Shown here piece after piece: positions 39,927-49,455 of a stretch of DNA of 64,000 nt. The position numbers and the translations under genes are program-made. The first letter of the stretch is position 1; each line of letters begins with the position of its first letter. The notes under the pieces are model-generated. The model was not told the origin of the DNA. It was given only the letters and a program-made list of their open reading frames with translations, and did not search any database. Source of the stretch: Lentimicrobiaceae bacterium (GTDB lineage: Bacteria; Bacteroidota; Bacteroidia; Bacteroidales; JAAYJT01). Where the stretch lies: positions 14,945-78,944 of the forward strand of contig JBBIKG010000008.1 in NCBI GenBank assembly GCA_037445555.1, in the 5' to 3' direction.

Positions 39927-41267
39927 ATGAATATTATTATAGCCGGAGATGGCGAGGTAGGGTTTCATCTAGCCAAACTGCTTTCAGATGAACGGCACAA
40001 TATCCGCATAGTAGATCCGCACGAGGAATTGCTCAAGATGGTTGAATCGCATACCGATTTGTTGGCCATTACCGGTAATTCCACGTCCATTTCGGTGCTC
40101 GAAAACGCCAACATTCGCAAAGCCGATTTATTGATATCGGTAGTCCACGACGAACACATCAACCTGGTCACCTGTGTACTAGGCAAGAAACTGGGGGCAA
40201 AGCGCACCATTGCCCGTATCAACAATGCGGAGTACCTGATTCCCGAAAACCAGGAGCTCCTCCGATCGCTGGGTATCGACGCCTTGGTCTGTCCTGAACG
40301 TATTGCGGCTGCAGAGATAATTCGACTGCTTCAGCAAACAGCAGCTACAGAGATATTTGACTTTTCAGGCGGCCGGCTGATGCTTTTTCTCATCAAGCTC
40401 GATGAAAAAGCGCTGGTGCTAAACAAATCGCTCAACGAAATCGCAACCGAAAACCCAAGGCTGGAATTCAGGGCGGTGGCCATTCACCGCGCGGGCAAAA
40501 CAATCATTCCGAGGGGGGAAGACAAGTTTATGATCAACGATCTTGCTTATGTGGTCACCAAGCCGTCAGGAGTGTCGGAGTTGCTCAGACTGGGGGGCAA
40601 GGTGAAACACGAAATCCGAAACGTGATGATTATCGGAGGTGGACGTATAGGACGCGAATCTGCTCTTAGGCTCGAGAACCAATACAATGTTAAATTGGTT
40701 GAAATCGACAAGGATCGCTGCGTGGCCTTGTCGGACATTTTGCTGAACACACTTATAATCAACGGAGATGCCCGCGACACCCATCTTCTTGAAGACGAAG
40801 GCATCCGGAGCATGGACGCATTCATTGCGGTTACGGATGATACCGAAACCAACCTTTTCTCGTGTTTGCTTGCACAAAGGCTTGGGGTGAAAAGGGTAAT
40901 CCCCCTGATCGAAAATATTGACTACATCGATATTTCGCAGAGCATTGGCATTGAGTCTATTATCAATAAAAAACTCACCACCGCCAGCCACATAGCACAA
41001 TATACCATGGATGCCGAGGTGTCAGCCATCAAGTACCTGAGCGGAATAGATGCCGAAGTGTTGGAGTTTGTGGCCCGGCCGAACTCTAAAATCACCAAAA
41101 ATCAGATCAAGAAAGTGACCACGCCTCCCGGCTCGCTGATCGGAGGTGTTATCCGAGGCGAGGAAAGCATTATAGCCGTTGGAAGCACTCAGGTGATGGA
41201 AGGCGACAAAGTGGTTGTGTTTTCTATTCCCGAAAGTGTAAGCAAGGTGCTTGAGCTTTTCAAATAG
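39927..41267 (+). CDS. trkA: Trk potassium uptake system NAD-binding protein TrkA
   Basis: Start at MNIIIAGDGEVG. There is a second Rossmann motif (VMIIGGGRIG) and two RCK_C regions. Confidence 0.9.
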   Translation: MNIIIAGDGEVGFHLAKLLSDERHNIRIVDPHEELLKMVESHTDLLAITGNSTSISVLENANIRKADLLISVVHDEHINLVTCVLGKKLGAKRTIARINNAEYLIPENQELLRSLGIDALVCPERIAAAEIIRLLQQTAATEIFDFSGGRLMLFLIKLDEKALVLNKSLNEIATENPRLEFRAVAIHRAGKTIIPRGEDKFMINDLAYVVTKPSGVSELLRLGGKVKHEIRNVMIIGGGRIGRESALRLENQYNVKLVEIDKDRCVALSDILLNTLIINGDARDTHLLEDEGIRSMDAFIAVTDDTETNLFSCLLAQRLGVKRVIPLIENIDYIDISQSIGIESIINKKLTTASHIAQYTMDAEVSAIKYLSGIDAEVLEFVARPNSKITKNQIKKVTTPPGSLIGGVIRGEESIIAVGSTQVMEGDKVVVFSIPESVSKVLELFK

Positions 41268-41298
41268 CACACTGCTTCCCTAAACCCACACTGGTCTT

Positions 41299-42762
41299 AT
41301 GCCCGACTCTAGCAGGATACATATAGGTGTGATCATTAAATCGCAAGGTGTTTTCCTGATGATTGTAGGAGCTATGATGGCCACCAGTGCCTTTTTCTCC
41401 TTTTACTACAAGGAAAACGACGGATATGCCATATTGCTTTCGAGTGGCATTACCATCCTGACCGGCCTTGTGCTCTACCTCGTCAACCGCAGGGTTGACA
41501 TGAGCCTCATCAGCAAGAAGGATGGATTTGTGATTGTCTCATCCACCTGGGTTTTTATGTCGCTTTTCGGCACCTTGCCTTTCCTGATCAGCGGCCAGAT
41601 ACCGGATTTCACCGACGCCTTTTTCGAAACGATGTCGGGGTTCACAACTACTGGTGCCACCATACTCACTGACATTGAAAGCATGACGCATGGCCTGCTT
41701 TTCTGGCGCAGCCTGACGCACTGGATCGGTGGGATGGGCATAATTGTTCTTTCGCTGGCCATAATGCCGGTGTTGGGTATCGGAGGGATGCAGCTTTTTG
41801 TTGCCGAGGTTCCGGGGCCAACCAAGGACAAGCTTCATCCGCGGATAGCTGATACCGCAAAAAGGTTATGGGGAATCTATGTCATTCTTACCGTGCTCGA
41901 AACCGGACTTCTGATGGCCGGCGGGATGAATCTGCACGAAGGCCTTTGCCATGCCTTCGGTACCATGGCCACCGGGGGGTTTTCGACGCGCAACGACAGT
42001 ATTGCAGGATTTTCGCCCTACATTCAATATGTGATCATCGTATTCATGTTCCTGGCCGGAGTAAGTTTCGTGCTTCACTATTATGCCTTGCATCTTAAGT
42101 TCAATAAGGTTTTCCGGAATGAAGAATTCAGGGCATATACCATTTTGATCGTGCTTTCGGCAATAGCTCTGTCTGTTTCATTGCTGCTATTTCACGAGTT
42201 GGGTGTGGAAGAAACTTTCCGTGCATCGCTTTTCCAAACTGTTTCGATAGTCACCACCACCGGATATATAACGTCGGATTATCTCTTCTGGCCCTCATTC
42301 ACCTGGCTGCTCATCTTCCTGCTCATGTTTACCGGGGGATGCGCCGGGAGCACTGGAGGCAGTGTCAAAATTATTCGTCAACTGTTACTCCTAAAAAACA
42401 GCCGTCTTGAGCTGAAAAGGCTTATCCATCCCAAAGCCATAATTCCGGTACGCCTCGACGGAAAATCGATTTCGGAGCAGGTAATTAACAATGTTCTCGC
42501 GTTTTTCCTGATATATATGCTGGTTTTTATTTCCGGATCCCTGATCATGTCGATGCTCGGCCTCGACTTTGAAAGCTCGCTCGGGTCGGTGGCGGCATGC
42601 CTGGGCAATGTGGGCCCCGGAATTGGCCTGGTGGGACCGGTGCACAATTATTCATTTATTCCTGTTGCCGGAAAATGGGTTCTGGCATTTTTGATGCTGC
42701 TTGGAAGGCTTGAACTTTTCACGGTATTGATCCTCTTCTCCGCCTCATTCTGGCGAAAATAA
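41299..42762 (+). CDS. trkH: Trk-type K+ transporter membrane subunit TrkH (copy 1)
   Basis: 487 aa, polytopic. Motifs: FFETMSGFTTTGATIL, WRSLTHWIGGMGIIVL, GGCAGSTGGSVK. Confidence 0.9.
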   Translation: MPDSSRIHIGVIIKSQGVFLMIVGAMMATSAFFSFYYKENDGYAILLSSGITILTGLVLYLVNRRVDMSLISKKDGFVIVSSTWVFMSLFGTLPFLISGQIPDFTDAFFETMSGFTTTGATILTDIESMTHGLLFWRSLTHWIGGMGIIVLSLAIMPVLGIGGMQLFVAEVPGPTKDKLHPRIADTAKRLWGIYVILTVLETGLLMAGGMNLHEGLCHAFGTMATGGFSTRNDSIAGFSPYIQYVIIVFMFLAGVSFVLHYYALHLKFNKVFRNEEFRAYTILIVLSAIALSVSLLLFHELGVEETFRASLFQTVSIVTTTGYITSDYLFWPSFTWLLIFLLMFTGGCAGSTGGSVKIIRQLLLLKNSRLELKRLIHPKAIIPVRLDGKSISEQVINNVLAFFLIYMLVFISGSLIMSMLGLDFESSLGSVAACLGNVGPGIGLVGPVHNYSFIPVAGKWVLAFLMLLGRLELFTVLILFSASFWRK

Positions 42763-42768
42763 CATGTC

Positions 42769-44223
42769 ATGACGGCTATTCATTTTCGGGTAATTATAAA
42801 GAGTATCAGTCTTTTCCTGATAGTTATCGCGGGATTTATGCTGGCGTGTATCCCTGTTTCGATGCTGTACGGAGCTTTGGCGGTTAATGCCCTGGTCAAA
42901 TCATTTGCAATCACCATATCGTTTGGACTATTGGGATGGTTCGTTGCCGGACCTTTTGAAAAAGAAAATCTCGGACGTCGCGAGTCATTCATCATCGTAA
43001 CCCTTACCTGGGTGATTATTGCGGTGTTCGGATCCCTACCCTATCTGTTTAGCGGATCAATCCATACGTTCACCGATGCTTTTTTTGAGACCATGTCAGG
43101 CTTCACAACTACGGGGGCTTCGATACTTACGGACATCGAAGCCGTTCCACGCAGCATTCTGTTTTGGCGAAGCCTTACCCACTGGATCGGAGGCATGGGC
43201 ATCGTTGTTTTTTCAATCGCCTTCCTGCCGTTTTTCGGTATTGGGGGCATGCAGCTCTTTGCTGCCGAGGTTCCGGGGCCTACCAAGGACAAGATTCATC
43301 CGCGTATCACACAAACAGCCAAACGCTTGTGGCTGATTTATTTTACCCTGACCGTGGCGCAGATCATATTTCTGTTGTTCGGACACATGAATTTGTTCGA
43401 AGCCACCTGCCATTCGTTCGCTACTGTATCAAGCGGCGGATTTTCAACACGAAATCTGAGCATTGGAGCTTTTTCGCCCTATGTTCAATACATCACGGTG
43501 TTTTTTATGATAATGGCCGGGGTCAATTTCACCATGCATTACCTTGTTCAGCATGGGCGATTCAGGGAAGTATTTCATAATGAAGAACTTAGACTCTATC
43601 TTGGCGTAATAGCTGTAGCGGTTGCAGTGCTGACCTTCGCATTGTACAGGCTCGACTACGCCTCGCTCGAAAAAACCTTCCGCCACGTGCTTTTTCAGGT
43701 TGTTAGTATTGTGACCTGTACAGGTTTCGGCACAGCCGACTACATGCGCTGGCCATCGTTTGCCTGGTTCATGATTTTTTTGTTGATGTTTGCCGGAGGA
43801 TGTGCCGGAAGCACTAGCGGAGGAATAAAAATGATACGGCATGTCTTACTTTTCAAGAATGCCTACCTGGAGTTTCGTTCTATTATTCACCCCTCGGCTT
43901 ACGTTCCCCTGCGTTATAATCAAAAACCGGTAAGTAATAATATCCGCATCAATGTACTAGCCATTTTCTTTCTTTACCTGGCCACATTTGCATTAGGTTC
44001 ACTGCTGATGGGCGCCGCGGGTCTCGATAAAATTAGCGCAATGGGCTCTGTCGCCTCATGCATGGGCGGCATTGGCCCCGGGTTGGGATCAACCGGTCCG
44101 TCACTCAACTATGCCGAGGTCAGCGTCGCAGGAAAATGGATTTTGTCAGCCCTGATGCTTATTGGGCGACTGGAGCTCTTGACTGTCTATGTGTTATTTA
44201 TGAAAAAATTTTGGAAGAATTAA
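42769..44223 (+). CDS. trkH: Trk-type K+ transporter membrane subunit TrkH (copy 2, tandem paralog)
   Basis: 484 aa with the same motifs (FFETMSGFTTTGASIL, WRSLTHWIGGMGIVVF, GGCAGSTSGGIK). It lies 6 nt after copy 1. Confidence 0.9.
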   Translation: MTAIHFRVIIKSISLFLIVIAGFMLACIPVSMLYGALAVNALVKSFAITISFGLLGWFVAGPFEKENLGRRESFIIVTLTWVIIAVFGSLPYLFSGSIHTFTDAFFETMSGFTTTGASILTDIEAVPRSILFWRSLTHWIGGMGIVVFSIAFLPFFGIGGMQLFAAEVPGPTKDKIHPRITQTAKRLWLIYFTLTVAQIIFLLFGHMNLFEATCHSFATVSSGGFSTRNLSIGAFSPYVQYITVFFMIMAGVNFTMHYLVQHGRFREVFHNEELRLYLGVIAVAVAVLTFALYRLDYASLEKTFRHVLFQVVSIVTCTGFGTADYMRWPSFAWFMIFLLMFAGGCAGSTSGGIKMIRHVLLFKNAYLEFRSIIHPSAYVPLRYNQKPVSNNIRINVLAIFFLYLATFALGSLLMGAAGLDKISAMGSVASCMGGIGPGLGSTGPSLNYAEVSVAGKWILSALMLIGRLELLTVYVLFMKKFWKN

Positions 44224-44288
44224 AATCCGACAGGCCTGCAGCTTACACACGGACATTTGTTGACACGGGCGCACTGCAACAATAGCAC

Positions 44289-44296
44289 TACCTTTG
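44289..44296 (+). promoter_or_regulatory. -7 box TACCTTTG
   Basis: Matches TAnnTTTG. It lies inside the track's extended ORF, which supports a downstream TTG start at 44320. Confidence 0.4.
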
Positions 44297-44319
44297 CTCC
44301 CGCCCTAAAACTTTCATTA

Positions 44320-45651
44320 TTGAAAAATCTCCCCACTAACAAGCAAATCTGGAAGATTGCCAATCCGATCATTTTGAGCCTGCTGGCGCAAAATGTAGTG
44401 AACGTGGTGGATACCGCTTTCCTAGGCCGGGTGGGTGAAGTAGAGCTGGGAGCGGCTGCCATCGCTATCATCTTTTATGTGGTGCTCTATATGTTGGGGT
44501 TTGGATTCAGCATTGGTGCCCAGATATTAATGGCGCGCCGTCACGGTGAGGGAAACACAAAAGAAGTGGGGCGCATCATGGATCACAGCCTGTATTTCAT
44601 GTTTGGTATGGGCGTGGTATTGTTTATCATTATCCGGTGGTTCAGCCCCGAGATGCTCAGGCCTTTTATAGCCTCTGATGAGATTTTTCATGCTTCGGTG
44701 AGCTATCTTCAGAACAGAATTTATGGTGTATTCTTCGCATTTTTCAATGTAATGTCCAGGGCTTTCTTTGTATCCATCACCCGGACAAGGATTTTAACGT
44801 GGAGTGCCGCCCTCATGGCCATTGTAAATGTATTGCTTGATTATGCCATGATTTTCGGACACTGGGGTTTTCCACAGATGGGCATTGCAGGCGCCGCACT
44901 CGCTTCAGCCATCGCTGAAGGCGCCTCGGCTGCGGTGTTTCTCATTGGCATCCTAAAGCTCAGCGACCGCAGCAGGTTCAAGGTATTCAGATTTCCCTGT
45001 CCCCAGTGGGCTGTAATAAGAAAGACGCTCGAAGTTTCAGTTTTTGTGATGATACAGCACTTTATCTCCCTAAGCGCCTGGTTTCTGTTCTTTATCATCA
45101 TCGAAAAAATGGGCGAGAGATCACTGGCTATCTCCAATATCATCCGAAGCATTTACATGGTGTTGATGATTCCGGTATGGGCTTTCAGCTCTACCACCAA
45201 TACATTGGTTAGCAACACCATAGGCGCAGGGCATAAAGAACATGTAATGCCGATTATCCGGAAAATCACTTTACTAAGCCTCGCCTCAGTGGCCGTCCTG
45301 ATGATTCCTCTGATCTTTATTCCCGGCCACCTCATACGGGTGTACACGTCCGATGTATCGCTTGTTGCAGCCGCAACACCCTCGTTGTATATGATCTTTC
45401 TGGCTACCCTGATTTTCGCCTCTGCACAAAATATGTTCAGCGGCGTTTCGGGAACAGGAAACACACGTGACGCGCTACTGATCGAAACCTTTACCCTGAT
45501 GATCTACCTTTTTTTTGCCTGGCTTATCGGTATATACTGGAAACAACCCATTACCCTCGTTTGGCTTTGCGAACATATCTATTTCGTGCTGTTAGGGTTA
45601 TTTTCATGGCTTTATCTGAAATCAGGCCGCTGGCAGCACAAAACTATCTGA
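44320..45651 (+). CDS. MATE-family multidrug/efflux transporter
   Basis: The frame has no ATG near its 5' end. The TTG at 44320 gives MKNLPTNKQIWKIANPIILSLLAQNVVNVVDTAFLGRVG, a typical MATE N-terminus. 12 TM-like segments. Confidence 0.8.
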   Translation: MKNLPTNKQIWKIANPIILSLLAQNVVNVVDTAFLGRVGEVELGAAAIAIIFYVVLYMLGFGFSIGAQILMARRHGEGNTKEVGRIMDHSLYFMFGMGVVLFIIIRWFSPEMLRPFIASDEIFHASVSYLQNRIYGVFFAFFNVMSRAFFVSITRTRILTWSAALMAIVNVLLDYAMIFGHWGFPQMGIAGAALASAIAEGASAAVFLIGILKLSDRSRFKVFRFPCPQWAVIRKTLEVSVFVMIQHFISLSAWFLFFIIIEKMGERSLAISNIIRSIYMVLMIPVWAFSSTTNTLVSNTIGAGHKEHVMPIIRKITLLSLASVAVLMIPLIFIPGHLIRVYTSDVSLVAAATPSLYMIFLATLIFASAQNMFSGVSGTGNTRDALLIETFTLMIYLFFAWLIGIYWKQPITLVWLCEHIYFVLLGLFSWLYLKSGRWQHKTI

Positions 45652-45665
45652 GAGGTTTTTAGTTT

Positions 45666-45673
45666 TATATTTG
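45666..45673 (+). promoter_or_regulatory. -7 box TATATTTG
   Basis: Matches TAnnTTTG upstream of the O-antigen-ligase-like gene. Confidence 0.4.
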
Positions 45674-45756
45674 CTTTCGGCAACCTGGGGCCTTTGTTTA
45701 TAGCACTATGATTGCCCTCGAGTCAGATTTTAATAATTAATGTACCGAAGGCTGAT

Positions 45757-47472
45757 ATGACTGACCGCATCACCCTTGACCTTCGCAACGTAATACTGGG
45801 AGCAATGGCATTGCTCATGGCCTCGCTGACCTATTCGGTTTATGCTATGAGTGTATCACAGTTTTTACTTGCCGGGGCATGGATACTCGATGGAACCGAA
45901 CTTCCGGCCTTTAAGGGGATAAAGTCCGGCACAAAAACAGGAAAAGTGTGGAGTTGGCTCACAGGCCTGCTTTTTTCGGCTGGGAAAAACCTGATCCAGA
46001 AATTCCGTGACTTTTTCACCAACCGGGTGGCGCTCATCTTTGCTTCGGTTTTTTTTATGCATGTAGCCGGAGTGTTATACTCTTCCGATATTGCCTACGC
46101 ACTTAAAGACCTGCGCACAAAAATCCCCCTGTTCATTATTCCACTGTTTTTATCCACCATCCGGCCTGTGGAGAAAAACGAATACCGCTTTTTATTGCAA
46201 TTCTATGTGTTAGCCGTAGTGGTCAATTCATGGATAAGTACCTGGGTTCTCGTTACGCAGCAACCTGCGGACACCCGCAATATAGCACTCTATGTTTCAC
46301 ACATTCGTTTCGGCCTTAATATAGTGCTTGCCCTGAGCATATTGGCCTTTATGGCTTATGAAAGAGATTTCCTGCCGGCAGCGGCAAGGATAGCGGCAGG
46401 TATATTAGCCTTTTGGCTCTTTTTGTTTCTATTTCTGCTTCAATCCTTTTCGGGATTTTTGGCGCTGGCTGCAGTGGTCATGGGGCTCGGTTTGATTTGG
46501 CTCTCCCGATCGAGTAATCTTAAAAATAAAGTGGCAGGTATTGTATTTTTCCTTTTACTTGCTTTCGTCGGCAGCTGGCAATTGCGAACAGTGATACGAT
46601 CTTATACGGTGGCAGCACCTGTTAATTTTCAAAACCTCCCGACGCATACCATGCTTGGAAATCCATACACACATGATACTATAAGTTTGGGGATTGAACA
46701 CGGAAGGTACGTATGCCTTTTTTTGCAGTGGGAAGAGATGCGCCGAGCCTGGAACGAACGCAGCACAATGGACTTTGATGGCAGCGACACCAAGGGCAAC
46801 GAGCTTAAATACACACTTCTCAGGTATCTTAACTCGAAAAACCTGACCAAGGATGCGGCAGGCATCTCGTTTCTTAGCGAGCGGGATATCCGCTACATCG
46901 AGCAAGGAGTGGCTGATTTTAAGCTGACCGGGAAACTTAACATCCGTTCAAAACTCGGACATGTGATTCAGGGATACCTAACGCTCGCTAGGCGGCAAGA
47001 TCCCAACGCCAATACACTGCTCCAACGACTGGAATACTGGAAAACCTCCCTGTGGATCATAGGTCATCATCCGCTGGCGGGTGTAGGTACCGGTGACATG
47101 AATCTTGCATTTTCTGATGCCTATGATAAGCTTAACAGCAAGCTGCGCCCCGAGATGCGATGGCGGTCGCACAATCAGTTTCTTTCCATTACTGTAGGGT
47201 TCGGCATCCTCGGGTTGGCGTGGTTCGTCTTTGCCTTCCTATACCCGGTAGTTCGGTTGAAGGGATACCGGAATTATCTGTTCATGGCCTCTTTCCTGAT
47301 CTCAATATCGTCCATGCTGGTCGAAGATACCATTGAAACACAGGCCGGCGTGACTTTTTTCGTCGTCTTTTATTGTCTGTTCCTCTTCCATCCCCTAAAG
47401 AGCTCCACACTGGGTGAAAAAATCACAGGGCGCCCATCGGAGCAAAATAAATCACTAATGACCAACACATAA
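45757..47472 (+). CDS. O-antigen ligase (Wzy_C)-family membrane protein
   Basis: Start taken at ATG 45757 (MTDRITLDL...). It is polytopic, with a Wzy_C-like stretch (GHHPLAGVGTGD...HNQFLSITVGFGILGL). Confidence 0.75.
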   Translation: MTDRITLDLRNVILGAMALLMASLTYSVYAMSVSQFLLAGAWILDGTELPAFKGIKSGTKTGKVWSWLTGLLFSAGKNLIQKFRDFFTNRVALIFASVFFMHVAGVLYSSDIAYALKDLRTKIPLFIIPLFLSTIRPVEKNEYRFLLQFYVLAVVVNSWISTWVLVTQQPADTRNIALYVSHIRFGLNIVLALSILAFMAYERDFLPAAARIAAGILAFWLFLFLFLLQSFSGFLALAAVVMGLGLIWLSRSSNLKNKVAGIVFFLLLAFVGSWQLRTVIRSYTVAAPVNFQNLPTHTMLGNPYTHDTISLGIEHGRYVCLFLQWEEMRRAWNERSTMDFDGSDTKGNELKYTLLRYLNSKNLTKDAAGISFLSERDIRYIEQGVADFKLTGKLNIRSKLGHVIQGYLTLARRQDPNANTLLQRLEYWKTSLWIIGHHPLAGVGTGDMNLAFSDAYDKLNSKLRPEMRWRSHNQFLSITVGFGILGLAWFVFAFLYPVVRLKGYRNYLFMASFLISISSMLVEDTIETQAGVTFFVVFYCLFLFHPLKSSTLGEKITGRPSEQNKSLMTNT

Positions 47473-47494
47473 CCCTGCCTTAATCCTCCCCTCT

Positions 47495-48265
47495 ATGATA
47501 CCTCTTTCCGTAGTCATCATCACATTTAACGAAGAAGCAAACATCGCCAGGTGCCTGGAATCCGTCAAAGGTGTAGCCGATGAAGTGGTGGTGGTCGACT
47601 CATTGTCAAAAGACCGGACCAGGGCGATTTGTGAATCGTATGGTGTCCGTTTCATCGAGCAACCCTGGCGGGGGTACATCGCACAAAAAAATTATGCCGC
47701 GGCTCAAGCCGCTCATGATCTTGTTTTGTCGCTTGATGCTGATGAAGCACTTTCGGAGAAACTAAAATTGTCTGTGATGCAGATGAAGGAGACACCCGAA
47801 GCCGATGGCTATACGATGAACCGCCTGACAAACTACTGCGGCCGGTGGATCAGGCACTGTGGCTGGTATCCCGACAGAAAGCTGAGGCTCTTTGACAGGA
47901 GAAAAGGCCAATGGGACGGTCAGTATATTCATGAATCGGTGCTGATGGAACCCACATCTTTCGTCAGGCACCTTTCCGGCGACTTATTACATTTTTCATA
48001 CTACAGCATTGAGCAACACATAAAACAGGTAAATGATTTCACACAACTCAATGCACAACGTTTGGCACAAAACGACAGAAAGCCATCCTTACTCAAAATC
48101 ATTGGGTCAGCCTGGTTCCGTTTTTTCAGGGATTATTTCCTGAGGGGTGGGTTCAGGGATGGGTATTACGGGTTTGTGATCTGCCGGATTTCAGCGCATG
48201 CTTCTTTCTTGAAATACGCAAAAACCAGACAGCTTTGGGAACAAAAAAAACACCGGGATTCCTGA
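47495..48265 (+). CDS. Family-2 glycosyltransferase (LPS-core type)
   Basis: 256 aa. Motifs: LSVVIITFNEEANIARCL, VVVDSLSKD, SLDADE. Confidence 0.85.
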   Translation: MIPLSVVIITFNEEANIARCLESVKGVADEVVVVDSLSKDRTRAICESYGVRFIEQPWRGYIAQKNYAAAQAAHDLVLSLDADEALSEKLKLSVMQMKETPEADGYTMNRLTNYCGRWIRHCGWYPDRKLRLFDRRKGQWDGQYIHESVLMEPTSFVRHLSGDLLHFSYYSIEQHIKQVNDFTQLNAQRLAQNDRKPSLLKIIGSAWFRFFRDYFLRGGFRDGYYGFVICRISAHASFLKYAKTRQLWEQKKHRDS

Positions 48266-49320
48266 CTGAAGGCAATATCCTGATCAGTCGTACGGATTCT
48301 ATTGGCGATGTAGTGCTGACGCTGCCCCTGGCCGGATATCTGAAAACAAGATTTCCAGGCACCCGGATCATTTTTCTGGGCAGAAGCTATACCGAGCCTG
48401 TTATAAAGGCATGCAAATACGTGGATGAATTTATAAACCGCGATGAATTCATAGCCCTGGACGAAGCTTCGAAAGTTGATCGTTTTGTGATGCTGAAAGC
48501 CGACTGCGTGGTTCATGTGTTTCCGGACAAAGAGATCGCCCGGCTGTGTAAGAAAGCAGGAATCCCGTTTCGCATAGGCACATCGCATCGGTGGTATCAC
48601 TGGATGTATTGCAATCACCTTCCTTCTTTTTCGAGGCGTAGATCTGAAAAACACGAAGCTGTACTTAACTTCTGCCTGCTTGAACCATTGACCGGTGTGA
48701 TGTATCCGACCGATGAGGAATTGTTTCAATACACCGGCCTGAGCCATGTACAGCCGCTTCCTGCCCGGATAAAACAACTACTGAACCCGGTTAGGTTTAG
48801 CCTGATTTTACATCCCAAATCAAAGGGGAGCAGCCGCGAATGGGACCAGGAAAAGTACCTTGCCCTGATGCATCTGCTGCCCGCAGAGGATTTCAGCTTC
48901 TTTATTACCGGCACAAAAGAGGACGGGGAACAAATTTCGACCTTGCTTACGCACCTTCCTGTCAACGCTGCAGATCTCACAGGAAAATTGAACCTGGTGG
49001 ACCTCCTGGCACTCATACAGGCCAGTGATGGTATTGTGGCTAGTAGTACCGGCCCTCTGCATTTGGGCGCCGCGCTTGGCAAAGTGGCTGTCGGTCTTTA
49101 TCCTCCCATCAAACCTATGCACCCTGGCCGCTGGCGACCTATCGGGCCACGGGCCACCACTTTCAGCGCTGAAAAAAATTGCAATCGCTGTCGCGAAGGA
49201 TCCAAATGTCTATGTATGGATGAGATTGATCCAGCCCGGGTGGCAGAGTATTTGCTGGAGGCATGTGTGCAGAAAAAGAAGAACAATTGTGCAGAGGCTT
49301 TCCAATCGCCCATATGCTGA
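48235..49320 (+). CDS. Family-9 glycosyltransferase (heptosyltransferase-like)
   Basis: 361 aa as tracked. Motifs: ILISRTDSIGDVVLTLPL, LHPKSKGSSREW, SSTGPLHLGAALG. There is no ATG near the 5' end, so the start (TTG 48235?) is uncertain. It overlaps the GT2 gene by 31 nt. Confidence 0.75.
   Translation: MGTKKTPGFLTEGNILISRTDSIGDVVLTLPLAGYLKTRFPGTRIIFLGRSYTEPVIKACKYVDEFINRDEFIALDEASKVDRFVMLKADCVVHVFPDKEIARLCKKAGIPFRIGTSHRWYHWMYCNHLPSFSRRRSEKHEAVLNFCLLEPLTGVMYPTDEELFQYTGLSHVQPLPARIKQLLNPVRFSLILHPKSKGSSREWDQEKYLALMHLLPAEDFSFFITGTKEDGEQISTLLTHLPVNAADLTGKLNLVDLLALIQASDGIVASSTGPLHLGAALGKVAVGLYPPIKPMHPGRWRPIGPRATTFSAEKNCNRCREGSKCLCMDEIDPARVAEYLLEACVQKKKNNCAEAFQSPIC
48243..48250 (+). repeat. Homopolymeric A8 tract at the GT2/GT9 gene junction
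   Basis: acAAAAAAAAcacc. It lies within the last codons of the GT2 ORF and the first codons of the GT9 ORF. Confidence 0.9.
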
Positions 49321-49455
49321 AAAAAGCCAATTCGACCGCTATGCATCTGTATCAATAAAAAATGTATTTTTGGCCTTGTGAGTCAATCGCCGACATTTGC
49401 CCTGAACACAACTCTGCAACCACCCATGTACACCAGGTGTATCTAACCCTTCCAA

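Noticed and set aside
39712-39928. Two overlapping minus-strand ORFs (60-70 aa) in the divergent kamA-like/trkA promoter region.
   Set aside because: They overlap the trkA promoter box and start codon, they have no motifs, and they are mutually exclusive frames.
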